A DNA stretch of 64,000 bases from Phyllosticta citribraziliensis (taxonomy: Eukaryota), in contig NW_027117340.1 of assembly GCF_038025025.1 (NCBI RefSeq), positions 1,426,001 through 1,490,000 on the forward strand, given 5' to 3'. The notes under the pieces were generated by a model, which was not told the origin of the DNA, searched no databases, and worked only from the letters and a program-made list of their open reading frames with translations. Positions 10,655-22,066 of the stretch are shown piece after piece. The translations under genes and the position numbers were made by a program. Numbering within the stretch: the first letter of the stretch is position 1; each line of letters opens with the position of its first letter.

Positions 10655-13564
10655 ATGACGCCTCGCAACATCCCGACCAAAATTGCTTATGCTGATTGGC
10701 TTGCGAAGTCCACCGCGCAGAGCCCAACGTCCTCGGACCCTGCAAGCCCTACGCCTCCAACTCCTACGACTCCTAGACGTCGCGGAGCGAGAGCTGGTCG
10801 CAATCAGCGTTACCAACCGTTCGACTACACTGCAGTCGAGACCCCGCCTCCAGAAGTGCCATCTCAGAGCACTGAGCCTCAGCCTTCGCACGAGAGTTCC
10901 GCGAACGAAGGTGTCCCTCTTAACGACGAGCAGAAGATTGCTGCCGAAGGTGACGACCAGAACCAACGCCTTGCTTCGAACTCGCGCGAAGTCACGCCCG
11001 AAAGTCAAGGTTCCATTCAGCCTACCTTGACCTCCCCGTCTCAGACTACCGCTGTCGACCCCGACCTCACCTCTTCTCAAGAACAGCCACCTCAGACTCC
11101 TGCTGTCGACCACAACCCCTTCCCTTCTCAAGAACAGCCACTTCAGACTACCGCTGTCGACCCCGACCTCACCTCTTCTCAAGAACAGCCGCCTCAGACT
11201 CCTGCTGTCGACCCCGACCTCTTCTCTTCTAAAGGACAGCTGCCTCAGACTACCGCCGTCGACTACGACCGGACCGCTTCTCAGGAACAGCCTCAAGCCG
11301 ACTCTTTGCACCAGCAGAGTCCAGTCACTCCGGTGAAGAGCACTTACAGCCAAGCTGCTCAGAAGAATCTCCCTCTGCGCCAGAAAGACCCCGTCACCCA
11401 CACCCACAGTCAAGCTGCTCAGCAGACCCCTCGCCGTCGCCCATCCGCCATTCACACTCCCAGTCAAGCTGCTCAGCAGAGGCACCACCGTCGCACGTCC
11501 GCCGACTACACTCAAGGTCAACCTGCTCGAGCTGCTCATCAGGGCCACCACCGTCGCACGTCCGCCGACTTCATTCCAGGTCAAGCTGCTCATCAGAGCC
11601 ACCAACGTCGCACTTTCGCCGACTACACTCGAGGTCAACCTGCTCGAGCTGCTCATCAGGGCCACCACCGTCGCACGTCCGCCGACTACATTCAAGGTCA
11701 AGCTGCTTATCAGGATCACCACCGTCGCACTTCCGCCGACTACACTCGAGGTCACGCTGCTCTAGCTACTCATCGAACCCACCAGCGTCGCACGTCCGCC
11801 AACTACGACTACGAGCAGGGCTTCCAGCAGATCGCATATCAGCAAGCCAACCTCAACTCCACCCAAGCCTCCACCCAAGGCCAGCAACAGCACACCATCC
11901 CTCAAGCCAACCTCCACGAGCATCCGCACCCACAAGCCACGCGCTACCACCCCGCCTTTCTCCCAGACCTTCCGCAGCCTTTAGAGTTTCCGACTCCCGA
12001 AGCCCACACCTACAGCGAGCTTTACGGCGGCTACTTTTCTAAGCAAGACTTGCGCTACATTCACCACGTCTACGACAACTTGAGCCAGCAAGCCTTCTTC
12101 GCTTTGCACAACATGCCTTTCAACGAGCCCCCCTCTTCCTCTGTGCCCTCTTCCGCTATGCCCTCTTCCGCTGCGCCCTCTTCCTTCAATGACGCCGCCT
12201 CTTCGACCTCGAACGAGTCCATGGACAAGTACGCCTGGGCCCGCGGCATGGTGGCCCGTGAGCGCGCCCGTGAACGCGCTGAACAAGAAGAGGAGCGCAT
12301 GCAAGCCGAAGCTACGCAGTTCACGCCGTCGTTGTCCACTCCCCATGCCTACGGCAGTCAGCTTCACTCGCGCCAGACGAGCGGCACCAGCTACCACTCC
12401 GGCCCACAGCAGGCCAGGCCCGCCTTCGGCCCTCACCCAGGCTTCACCACCCAGCACGGCACTCCTCATGGCACTCCTACCACCGCCGCGGCCATGCCAT
12501 CGATGGCGTCTACCTCAGGCAACATCACGCCCACCGCCACGCCTACCAAGCCGAAGATGATTCACCTCGCGCCCGATGTCCCGGTTTCCAACGACTCGTG
12601 GCCCGTTTTCCGCTTGGCGCTCGCCGCACGTCTCCAGTTGCTGCAGAAAGAGGCACAGGAGTACGAAGACCGTGTCCGCCGCAACGCTGCCTTGGAGAAG
12701 CAGCAGCAGCAGCAGCAGCAGGCGGCTGGCGCTCGTGGCGGCCACGCCCGCAAGGGCAGTTGGCTCAAGGAGAAGGGCGGCGCGATGCACCGCGTCGAAG
12801 ACCAGACGTTCGGTGGCCTCCCATTTGGCACCACCGGCGAGCAGCAGGAGCAGCAGCAGCAGCGCAAGGGCAGCGCTGACGACAGCATCGCTGCGTCAAT
12901 GGCGCAGCTCACCCTTGCCGACATCGCGGCCGGCAAGGTCGACATCAGCAAGCGCCAGCTGATGGCGTTCTCGGACGAGGAGCTGTTCGGCTCCTTTGGC
13001 TTCAAGGAGCCGGGCCCGGAGCAGGTCCAGGACCTGTTCAACAGGTACCAGGCCCTGCTCCTGGCTCCCGCCGCGGCCGCCGCTCCCGCTGCCGCCCCCG
13101 TTCTCCCCGGCCCCGGCCTGGGTTTCGGCGTGGCCACCCCCGCCGCTGCTGTTGTTGTCCCGGCTGCTGGTGCCGCAGACCAGCACTTCCTCGCCGACAC
13201 GTACTCGGCGCACGGCGGCCCCAGGCTGCCGGCCGAGCACGTGTCGCGCGCTCTGCGGGCTGGTGGCCCGTTTGTTCCCGCGCCGGGCGCCCCTGGTCCC
13301 GCCCCGCGTCCCGTCGTCAAGTCCTCTGCGGAGGCAAAGCCTGCGGTGTCGGCCGTCGCCCCGGCCCGCAAGAAGGAGACGTTCGTTCCCGGCGTCAGCG
13401 GCGCGTGCTTCGGCACGTTTGACCGTTCCGTCTGGAACGGGAGCCAGCTGCCGCGGGAGCTGCGTCGGGGAGGGGAGGAGAAGAAGGGGGAGGAGGGGAA
13501 GGAGAAGGAGAAGAAGAAGGAGGAGATGGGCTTTTTGCCCGGCCTGGGTTTTGACCAGGTCTAG
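10655..13564 (+). CDS. 969-aa intronless, low-complexity (Q/P/S/T/H/A-rich) hypothetical protein with internal tandem repeats
   Basis: Uninterrupted 2.9-kb ORF, CACCATG start context, consistent codon bias, repeat units all multiples of 3. No domain recognised. Confidence 0.75.
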   Translation: MTPRNIPTKIAYADWLAKSTAQSPTSSDPASPTPPTPTTPRRRGARAGRNQRYQPFDYTAVETPPPEVPSQSTEPQPSHESSANEGVPLNDEQKIAAEGDDQNQRLASNSREVTPESQGSIQPTLTSPSQTTAVDPDLTSSQEQPPQTPAVDHNPFPSQEQPLQTTAVDPDLTSSQEQPPQTPAVDPDLFSSKGQLPQTTAVDYDRTASQEQPQADSLHQQSPVTPVKSTYSQAAQKNLPLRQKDPVTHTHSQAAQQTPRRRPSAIHTPSQAAQQRHHRRTSADYTQGQPARAAHQGHHRRTSADFIPGQAAHQSHQRRTFADYTRGQPARAAHQGHHRRTSADYIQGQAAYQDHHRRTSADYTRGHAALATHRTHQRRTSANYDYEQGFQQIAYQQANLNSTQASTQGQQQHTIPQANLHEHPHPQATRYHPAFLPDLPQPLEFPTPEAHTYSELYGGYFSKQDLRYIHHVYDNLSQQAFFALHNMPFNEPPSSSVPSSAMPSSAAPSSFNDAASSTSNESMDKYAWARGMVARERARERAEQEEERMQAEATQFTPSLSTPHAYGSQLHSRQTSGTSYHSGPQQARPAFGPHPGFTTQHGTPHGTPTTAAAMPSMASTSGNITPTATPTKPKMIHLAPDVPVSNDSWPVFRLALAARLQLLQKEAQEYEDRVRRNAALEKQQQQQQQAAGARGGHARKGSWLKEKGGAMHRVEDQTFGGLPFGTTGEQQEQQQQRKGSADDSIAASMAQLTLADIAAGKVDISKRQLMAFSDEELFGSFGFKEPGPEQVQDLFNRYQALLLAPAAAAAPAAAPVLPGPGLGFGVATPAAAVVVPAAGAADQHFLADTYSAHGGPRLPAEHVSRALRAGGPFVPAPGAPGPAPRPVVKSSAEAKPAVSAVAPARKKETFVPGVSGACFGTFDRSVWNGSQLPRELRRGGEEKKGEEGKEKEKKKEEMGFLPGLGFDQV
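11041..11295 (+). repeat. Coding minisatellite, 5 x 51 bp (QT[T/P]AVDPDLTSSQEQPP)
   Basis: Units start at 11041, 11092, 11143, 11194 and 11245 (tcagact[a/c]c[c/t]gc[t/c]gtcgac...). QTT and QTP units alternate. Confidence 0.9.
11461..11810 (+). repeat. Coding minisatellite, 6 units alternating 63 and 54 bp (H[H/Q]RRTSADY..GQ(PAR)AAHQ)
   Basis: The cacca[c/a/g]cgtcgcac cores sit at 11483, 11546, 11600, 11663, 11717 and 11780. Confidence 0.9.
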
Positions 13565-14551
13565 GGGGGAGGGGAGGAGTGGTGGGGATGAGGGGACGGG
13601 GGGAGATCGGGGGGTGGTGGTGGAGGTGGAGGAGGGGGGAGTTTTATACCCGGGCCGCAAGGCCACACAAGTCTGGTTTTAGGTAGCCTGGTGTACCAAC
13701 AGAATGCAGTGCTACCTTTTTGATTGTCAGTGCCCGTAGACTTGAGATGTGGAAGGCCTCGTGGGCATTTGGACAAAGGCTTAAGATGGCACCTTGAGCC
13801 TGGAAGAAGTATAAGAAGATCTGAGGCACATGAGGAACTTTCATGCGGGCACTTCCAACAGGGCAACAGGAAGCCTTTCAGTCTTCTCCGAGCGTAGAGT
13901 ACCGTCGTGGGACTCGCGGGGATGGGCATGAGAAGTACTTGTGAACTTCGGAAAGATCTGTGTAGGGGTAGCGTAATTCGCGTTCATACTCCAAGTGGCA
14001 AAGCATTCAAGAATCCTGATTTTTCTGCGATAGGAAAACAAGCAAACAAACGCAGGGGGACCCGACGAGGGACGATGGCGCGGGATTGTGGGATGAGAAG
14101 AGTACAGCTGCGAACTTTGATATCCACAGAAAGAAAGCGTGATGACGGTCAGAACTCTTTCTCATTGTCGGGCGAATGCGTGGGGAACTCACCGTCTTGG
14201 AGCTGCAAAAGAGTGGAAAAACTTAACACAGACCACCGAATAGGCTACCAATTTGCTGGTCGCGAGTAACAGAGTACGAGTTCGACAAGTCTTGCTCATA
14301 GTTTAAAAATGTAGCATTCTACGCGGCAGAAAAGACCGCAGACAGACGAGCAGTAGTTTCGAGCCACGGCTTCCAGCGTCTGATCCAAAATAACAACGCC
14401 AGCCCACACAAGATCCCACCGGCCGAGGTCCTGTTGCGCCAAAAACACCACGCATGCATGAAAGGGAGGAGGAACTAGAGAAAGAAAAGAGGGAGAGAGG
14501 GCGACCTTTCCAAACAGACATGCCAAAAAGGAAAAAAAGAACAGCAAGATC

Positions 14552-15955
14552 TCACAGAAGCACCTCCTTTGCGTCCCTCGGATGGCTCTCGCCGGGACAG
14601 TAAGGACACTTGAAGCGCGCACCCTTGCTGATGCGGTCCAGAGACTCCTTGGCAATGACGTGCCCGCACGGCATCATCATGGGCGGATTCTGATCCGTGC
14701 CTTGCTCCTTGGAGACGGGGCACACAAAGATCGAATGGAATTGGTACGAGGGTGGGAGCGGGATTTCGACCTGAAAAAGTCAGTTTGCTTCAAGGTGGCG
14801 CCGGGGCAACATGCTTACCGGGAGCTCGTTTTGCGTGGTCCATTCCGTCCGCTTCTCCTTCATAATGGTCTGCAGCTTGAGCAGGGTCGGCAGGGCTATG
14901 GCACCGGCAGTGGCGGCAATGTACAGAGGCGAGTCTGCAGAGAGGCCAAGCAGAGAGCAGAATTCCCTGGTGAATGAGCTGGCAACTTCCTCAAACGCAT
15001 TCTCATTGTAGAATGTGCGCTTGTAGGGCGAGTCGGCCATGTTTTGCCAGAACGCCATGGCGCCGAGGAGCTGCTGGATTTCTTTGGCGTATCGGTTCTG
15101 GAAAACCCCAAACTCGCTCCTAGCGTACGCCCATGCCCTCAGCGGCCCCTCTTCCGGCGATGTTATGGATCCATCGTGGTCGTGTCCCATGAAAAGACAC
15201 ACGTATTGCAGTCTGCAGAGCTCGAATTCGAGGTTACTGCCCCGAGCCTCGAGCTGGGCGCTGTGCTGCCTGCTCCACGCAATGGCGGGTATCAAGTTCT
15301 GCTGTTGTTTCAACTCGTGCAAAATGTGGTACATATCCGCAAACTGCTGCTGAAGCGCTCCGCTGTCGATTGATCCGCTGGTAAAGGCCCTTTCCCATTG
15401 TTCGCTGTCGTGGGGTTTCGGCGTTCCGGCCGTCGGTTCTGGATGGGGTGGGTGTGTCTTTGCCTCTTCGATAAAGGTGGACGCCACACCGAATTGGCCT
15501 TCGCGGAGGAGATGCATGGCAATGGCGCGGTTCACGAGAGATGGATGCGAGGACAAAGCGTCATTCTCAGCGGCGGGGAGAGGCTTATCCTTGAATTTCT
15601 GGGGATGTGTCAGCGTGCGCCAGAGCTGTCGAATCGCATGGCACGCACCTTGTCGAGAGCCTTGCCATACTTTCCAAGTGCCTGATGGACCTCCTTGAGT
15701 TGTTCGTTGATCTTATCAAAAGACTGCTTGGCCGGCGTCTGCAGCTTGGCCAGTTGGATTTGCGCCGACGTTGGATCTGGCTGCATGTTAACATGGCGAT
15801 GGCATGAGCGAGAATGAGGGCGCGAGTCATTTACCGGCAGCAATGGCAGCTCTTGTCTTGGTGAGCAAGTCGATGGTGTTTTGCACATGGTTGATGCTCT
15901 TGCTGAGGTTGCCCTTCTTCTCGAGCTTGTCGTGCTCGGCCTTGAGCGAGTCCAT
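14552..15955 (-). CDS. RMD5: GID/CTLH complex RING E3 subunit Rmd5/Gid2. Introns 15834-15777, 15648-15599, 14818-14771
   Basis: LisH-like [20 protein letters not shown] segment [15 protein letters not shown] segment [18 protein letters not shown], then [27 protein letters not shown] and degenerate [14 protein letters not shown]...FKCPYCP. Confidence 0.9.
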
Positions 15956-16407
15956 GGCGGCGAAGAGGTCGGGTAGGCAGGAGGATAAGGATCAAGATGG
16001 GAGAGATGGTTCGAAATGGACTGTGGCAGCAGCGACGCTAGCGGTTGCCATGCTCAGCGGCCAAGGGGGACATGTCAGTCAGTCGTGTGAGAGGCGAGCG
16101 CTTGTGACCGAGCAGCGTCCGTGGGTGACGTTGGATCAGGTTGGGTTGGGTTGGCCGCGGGGATGGCATGGCGCGGGCGGGCAGCGGGCAGCGGGCGGCG
16201 GGAAGCGCGGGAGACGGACTGGACCTTGGTTTCGCACGTCGACCAAGTCGATCGTCCCGCCCCGTCCCCCGTCGTCTTGCGCAAGGCTGACCTACGAACC
16301 TCGCGCGTGAACCACAAGTCCATGCTGCGACACCATGGACCCAGTCTCGCTCTTCTCCTCTGCATACCCACACACCCTCCCTCCACATCCACTCCCTCCG
16401 CGTGGCC

Positions 16408-19039
16408 ATGACCATGGCCAAAACTCCCGCTGCCGACCCGGACCTCGATCCTGTGCCATCGAGAGATAGTCGCGTCTCCCTGGAAAAGACGTCCGATGCA
16501 AGCACATCTGACCCCTCGACAAAGGGGCAACCTCGCCCAGCCCACCAGCGCTTCGTCGTCACCGACATGGTCGCCTTTCGGTAAGGACCCTGCAACCTCA
16601 GCCCAGAGCCGAACTCGTACCAACGCCGCCAGATACCTCGAAGAAGATCCGTCTACTGTTGTTCTCGACCGCCGGCGACAGCTCGAAGGCTATGAATGCT
16701 ACATTGTCGAACAGTGGGCCTGCGACAGGTCACACCCGACCTTCGTCATCACCACCTACACGGGCGATCCGTCCCACAAAGTCATCGCCGCCGTCCTGAG
16801 CGTCCCGACAGACGAGTCCAAATGGTCCCTCCGACTCCGAATATACTTCAAAGCGTTCAACCAGTACCATGCTCGCCCAAAGGACACGCCGTTTGGAACC
16901 TTGATGATCACAAACCTGAGCGCGTTTCCCTCGTCCTTGACCGTCATACCAGTCCCAGATGGAGATGTCCGCAGGAATCGAGAATCTTTCTTTGTGAATG
17001 AAAATCTGAAGAGGCTGGGCTGCTCGGGTCGCGTTGGCATCACTCTGGCTCCCCCTAGTGGAGCCACAGAGACCAAGTTCTACCAGCTTTATAGAATCAG
17101 CGAGAAAATACCCCTGGCTGGCGCTGTGATTGAGCTGGTCAAGCTTTGCCAAGTAGCCCTGGTTCTCTTTGGCAAGCTTGAGCCCGAGTATGCAGACGGG
17201 CTTTTGTGCGACGTCACCGAAAAGGCCATCAATGACTGGTGGGTAGGAATAGGCAACGAATACTTCAGCATCGAGCCGCACGATGGAATACTCGGGCCGA
17301 CGACTGTTGCTGCCTTGCTGGGAACGCTCATGGGCGCGCGCAATCGCCTCAATGCTTGGGGTGCGCCGGTTTCAAAAGATGTCTTTGACGTAGAAAATAC
17401 GAAGCGCGGCATCGCCTACTTCCAAAAGGCACAAAGAATTCCCAAGACGCGAAGACTAGATCGCAAAACGCTCAGCCACCTCCATCGCGCGACAGCAAAA
17501 AGTGCAAGCGGCGAAGGCTGGACAGTCCCACGCGCAGTCAAGTCGACAGTTGCTGAACTCAGCGGGAAAGGAGGCGAGATGGTCATGGACATTGTGACTG
17601 GGCGAGACAAGGCTGGAATTGCTGAAATCGAGACCGTCGACATTGAAAGATTTTCCCAGCTTGTCTATGGCGAGCGTGCCAAGTGGCTGTGGCTCGGAAA
17701 ACCTCGCAAGCACCATGGGAACATGTTTAGCAGGCTGCCAGATGAAGATCCAAAACAGTCCCTCGCAGCTGAAGATGACCAGGAGCAAAAGGAGCCAGAT
17801 TCCGACGCTGGCGCATTAAAAAGACGCGAGACTGCAACTTTGGCCGACAAACATGGGGCGGATGATAAAGAGTCACGCATCAGAAGAGCAACAGGAAAAT
17901 TGGGCGATGCTCGAAGCGGAATCGGTGGACGGATAAAGGATGTGGTGGGGCGGCGAGGTCACCAGCACAAGCATTCCAGGGTTGACAACGACAATTTCCC
18001 CTATCTTGCGCGAGAACACAGTGAGGATTTCCTGCGCCAGTCAAGTCAGGTAGACGGTCAGACTCCGTCCGAATCGACCCCTCGAGAATCTCTCGACCTG
18101 CCTAGCGCGTCAGAAGATGTCACTGCCGAAAAACCAAGAAAGCCCATGCCGCAGTTTGCGCGCGTCCTTTCTCAGACCCCTCTGGAGTCTCAGCCAAGTC
18201 TCTTTCACAGCAAAGAAGACCTACCGGCCGGCGACGAACAGCCAGAGCTAGATGCACCACTCGTCAACGAAAACTTGGTCCTCTCCCGTGCTGAGACGGT
18301 TGAAAACTCGATTGCTGGCTCGTTCTATCGCGGCATTGATTTGGACGACCTGTTTGAGGAAAATCGTCGATACGACCCTGGTCGACTGCTGCATCGAACC
18401 AACAGTCTTTCCAACTTTGTCACGCACCGCGAGTATGAACGCCATGGCGACCAGCGGTGGCCGCGTCATCTTTCCCTTAGTATTGCCGAAGAGAGCCTCT
18501 TCCGTTGGAGAAGTATTGTATACGATGACCAGGAAGACACACCCGCCATGCCTGATCCCAAAAAGCAACTTGTACATGAGCAGCTGTATTCCGAAGAGGC
18601 CCGTCACAATGGCGAGCAACTTGCGCAAATAGGCAACGTTGTGAAAACCTGGGTGGAAGAGCGCATCAACCATGTCCGAGAACTCAATGTCATGGCCGAG
18701 CGTGATCAACAGGAGCTCGAAGAAATATATTATCCGAGGCTAGAGGAGTACCAGAGGTTAAACAAGGATGCCAAAGCACTGATAACCCAAGAACGGGAAG
18801 GGCTACAAGAGCAGATAAAAGATATCGAGACATTGGGAGCCAAATTGGAGTATGAGATGAATGCATTGCGCGGCAAGGTGGAGGACGTTGGGGATGCAGT
18901 CACGGAATTCGAGAGGCAGGTCCTTGTTGTCGAGGACATGGTGCAAATGCTCGAGGACCAGTGCAAATCAAAAGAAGGGTGGTTGAAGTGGCTCTGCAGA
19001 ACGCTCGTCAGGCAAAGCACACCGACCACGGAAAAGTGA
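16408..19039 (+). CDS. STB6: Sin3-binding protein Stb2/Stb6-like. Intron 16581-16632
   Basis: FVVTDMVAF|RYLEED, LEGYECYIVEQWAC, LMITNLSAFPSSLT, FFVNENLKRLGCSGR, YADGLLCDVTE and EPHDGILGPTT motifs, plus a C-terminal coiled coil. Confidence 0.82.
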
Positions 19040-19987
19040 GGTGGCTGGTCCCTCTGTCGACTTGCTGAGACACTGCAGGCGGTCACCGACTTGTCCTCCA
19101 GGGTCCAGCAGAGGGTAAAGTTTATTCGTGCCGACCTCGACCACAAAAGTCGGTCTGTCGGCGAGAATTACTGTTGCATTGGTGTGTACAATAGCCTCCA
19201 GATTTGATCAATTGGCCAAGATTCAACTGATGCTACATAGGTCAAAAGTTGTCGATCTTGAAACTGCCAGGCGCAGTTGCGTCCTTCCAATTTACCGTTT
19301 AGAACAACGGCCAGACTTTTCACATGGCAGGCCGCATGCGTGGGGCACGTACACAAGCCACCCTGTGGCTTCACGCGCTGGATCTGGACTGACGTCTGCC
19401 AATGATGAAATACTCAACTTTACAATTCAACACCTGAGTACCGCCAAGGAGATGCCCGGCCAACCAGCGGGGGCGGAGGGTGTGCCATCAAACAAGGGCG
19501 TGACGGACCAGCGCGTGAGAGTTTCGCCAATCCAGGCTAGCCTCGCCTATCCCTCACCCACGGCCTCGAGCTGCATGCGACAACCGGGAGTGCCGCGCCT
19601 CTAGTTCGGCTTGCCCTTGGATTTGGTTCGAACGGCATGTCCCCGTTGGCGGCTCAGCGGCAAGCGGCATTATCCCTACGGCCCTGCCGATTTCTGCACG
19701 TCCCAGCCCCTTGCGGCGGACGCTCCATCAGTTTTAGGATGCGATCGTAACGAACCGCGCCTCATGAACATGATCGAGATGAAATTCCCTGCCGAAAAGG
19801 CGGCTGGACCGTCCAGCAGCACGGCTGACTAGGCAGGGAAGCGAAAGAAATGGCTACCAAGCACGTCCTGGTAACATCAATCCGGTTGTTACGTAGAGCC
19901 AAGCCTTGAACAAGTCAAATATGATTGCCTTCCTGCCTCTCCTACCTTACCGTGCAATAGAAACATGTGTGCTCCATACCGGCAATC

Positions 19988-21674
19988 ATGACGACGGACC
20001 AACCACCACAACTCCCAATCTACTACGGAGAACGAACAGCAGATGGTCGCATCATCAAGAGACCATCAGTAGATCCAGAGACGTCTGAGCCTCTAGGTTC
20101 ACCACCAGCACGGACAAGTACAGAGCAACAGTTCCCTACAGCAGGACCAACAATCCGAGATACCCAAGTTCCCGACGTGGAAACTGCATCCGACGTCTTC
20201 AACCAAGGACCACGGCAACCCCCGACGGCAGTTCAACGGTGGGGTACACTCGGCGAAGGACGCGGCGTTGACAGCAGAGCCTGGCGCAACACAGCCGGCA
20301 GTAGGCGGCGGCTCAACGACGAGTACTACTTGGGGGAGTTTAGCGGCCGGCCATACGTTGAGTACGACGACGAGGTACCGCTGCGACGCGCAGGATCACG
20401 GTCGTACGCCACGCTCAAAGAGTCGCGAAGCGGTCCATTGACATACCGCGGTGGGAGCCTCGCGGACAGGACGCGCATGGGCGAAGGACCTCCACCTTCT
20501 CGGCCCATCACTGCGCGAATCTATTCTGAAGACGACGACCCTTACCGAGCAGATGGGGGTGGAGGAGGAGGACCGCCACACGACATGATGCGCCTGCCCA
20601 TGATGTGGTGGATGAACTCGTCAGCCAAAAATCGTAAGTCTTCTCGTGGTTGAAACCCAGGCGAAGCATCTCACACGCATGCTGACCACCCTGCTGCAGA
20701 TTTCGTGGCCTGCCTAGGCGAGTTCTTCGGTACCTTTATGTTTCTCTTCTTTGCCTTTGCCGGCGCTACGACTGCTAGCCTCGGTAATCCGAAAGACCCA
20801 GTGACGGGCGAGCCGCTTTCTTTCAATCCAGCGGTGTATATTTACATTGCTTTTGTGTTTGGCTTTTCGTTGCTAGTCAACGCATGGATCTTTTACCGTA
20901 TTTCGGGCAGTCTGTTTAATCCAGCAGTAAGTCTCCCTCAACTCCTGAAAATTGTGGAAGCCGTAAGAGCATGCTTCTCACACTCGGTCCAAATAGGTCA
21001 CTCTCGGCATGGTGCTCGTTCGCGCGTTGACGGTGACGCGCGGGATTCTCGTCGTCATTGCTCAGCTGCTCGGTGGCATCTTCGCCGCCTTCATGGTTTC
21101 CGTTCTGTACCCAGGAGACTTTAATGTGCGGACAACTCTCGCATCAAACACGTCGACGGCACGGGGCGTTTTCATTGAAGCAGTCGGAACGTCCCTCCTT
21201 GTCTTCACCGTTTTCATGCTTGCCAAGGAGAAGCACAAGGCTACCTACGTCGCGCCCGTCGGCATCGGGCTGGCTCTTTTCACCATCCACCTGGCAACCG
21301 TGTACTACACGGGCAGCAGCGTGAACCCAGCACGCAGCTTCGGGCCCTGCGTCGTCAACGGGCAGTTCGACTCGGAGCATTGGATCTACTGGGTCGGGCC
21401 CGCCCTCGGCGCCCTGTTCGCATACCTTTTCTTCACCTTCCTCAAGGTGCTCGAGTACGAGACGGCGAACCCAGGCCAGGACGCCGCGTTCCCCGAGGAA
21501 GCCAAGGAGACGGCCGACATGCTCAAGGAGAAGCGCAGCATGGGCAGCATGCGCGTGCGCCAGCGCTTCGACTCGCTCAAGGGGGGCGGAAGCGGCCGCG
21601 ACGCCGGCACCACCGCCGGTACCGCCCCGACCGTCACCAGCGAGCAGCAGTTCACGACCAAATACCCCGAATGA
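19988..21674 (+). CDS. Aquaporin (MIP family, orthodox water-channel type) with a long N-terminal extension. Introns 20634-20699 and 20927-20996; possible readthrough to 22136
   Basis: GEFFGTFMFLFFAF, SGSLFNPA|VTL, GSSVNPARSFGP, HWIYWVGP and YETANPGQD. His in TM5 (FTIHL) and Arg after the second NPA. Confidence 0.95.
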
Positions 21675-22031
21675 CTCGCGGCGCGCGTGCTGGGGCGACG
21701 CGGAGGCGGCAACGAGGGTGACAGGGGCGCGGAAAACATGGACTTTGACAGCGAACTGGCGGTGCACGGCAGCGCCGAGGCCGTCGAGCTGCGACAGCAG
21801 CAGCGCCGCGGCCGCGACGGCGCGACGAACCCGTCGCCGGAGAAGGAGGTTGTGGAGGAGGGCTACGAGACGGCTGAGGAGGGCGGCGAGGGTGGCGGGC
21901 CTACGAGAAGGCGGGGAGCTTCAGCACGCGCCGGACTGCAGCAGCAGCAGCAGCAGCGGAATTCGAAGCGCGAGAGTCGGGGAAGTGCAAAGGTGCAGAC
22001 GGTGGAGGTGGTCGAAGTAGATGCAAAAGGC

Positions 22032-22036
<5 letters not shown>

Positions 22037-22063
<27 letters not shown>
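22037..22063 (+). repeat. (CAG)9 microsatellite, poly-Gln in the aquaporin extension frame
   Basis: cagcagcag... read directly. A shorter (CAG)6 lies at about 21939-21956. Confidence 0.8.

Positions 22064-22066
<3 letters not shown>

Noticed and set aside
11461..11810. RR-containing repeats as a Kex2-processed (KEP/RiPP) peptide precursor
   Set aside because: No signal peptide, and no DUF3328 or tailoring enzymes nearby; the repeats sit inside a long cytosolic-type protein.
21619..21724. An intron removing the aquaporin TGA
   Set aside because: The donor GTACCG is weak, there is no CTRAC branch site, the only nearby frame-preserving acceptor is GAG, and the segment is GC-rich like coding sequence.
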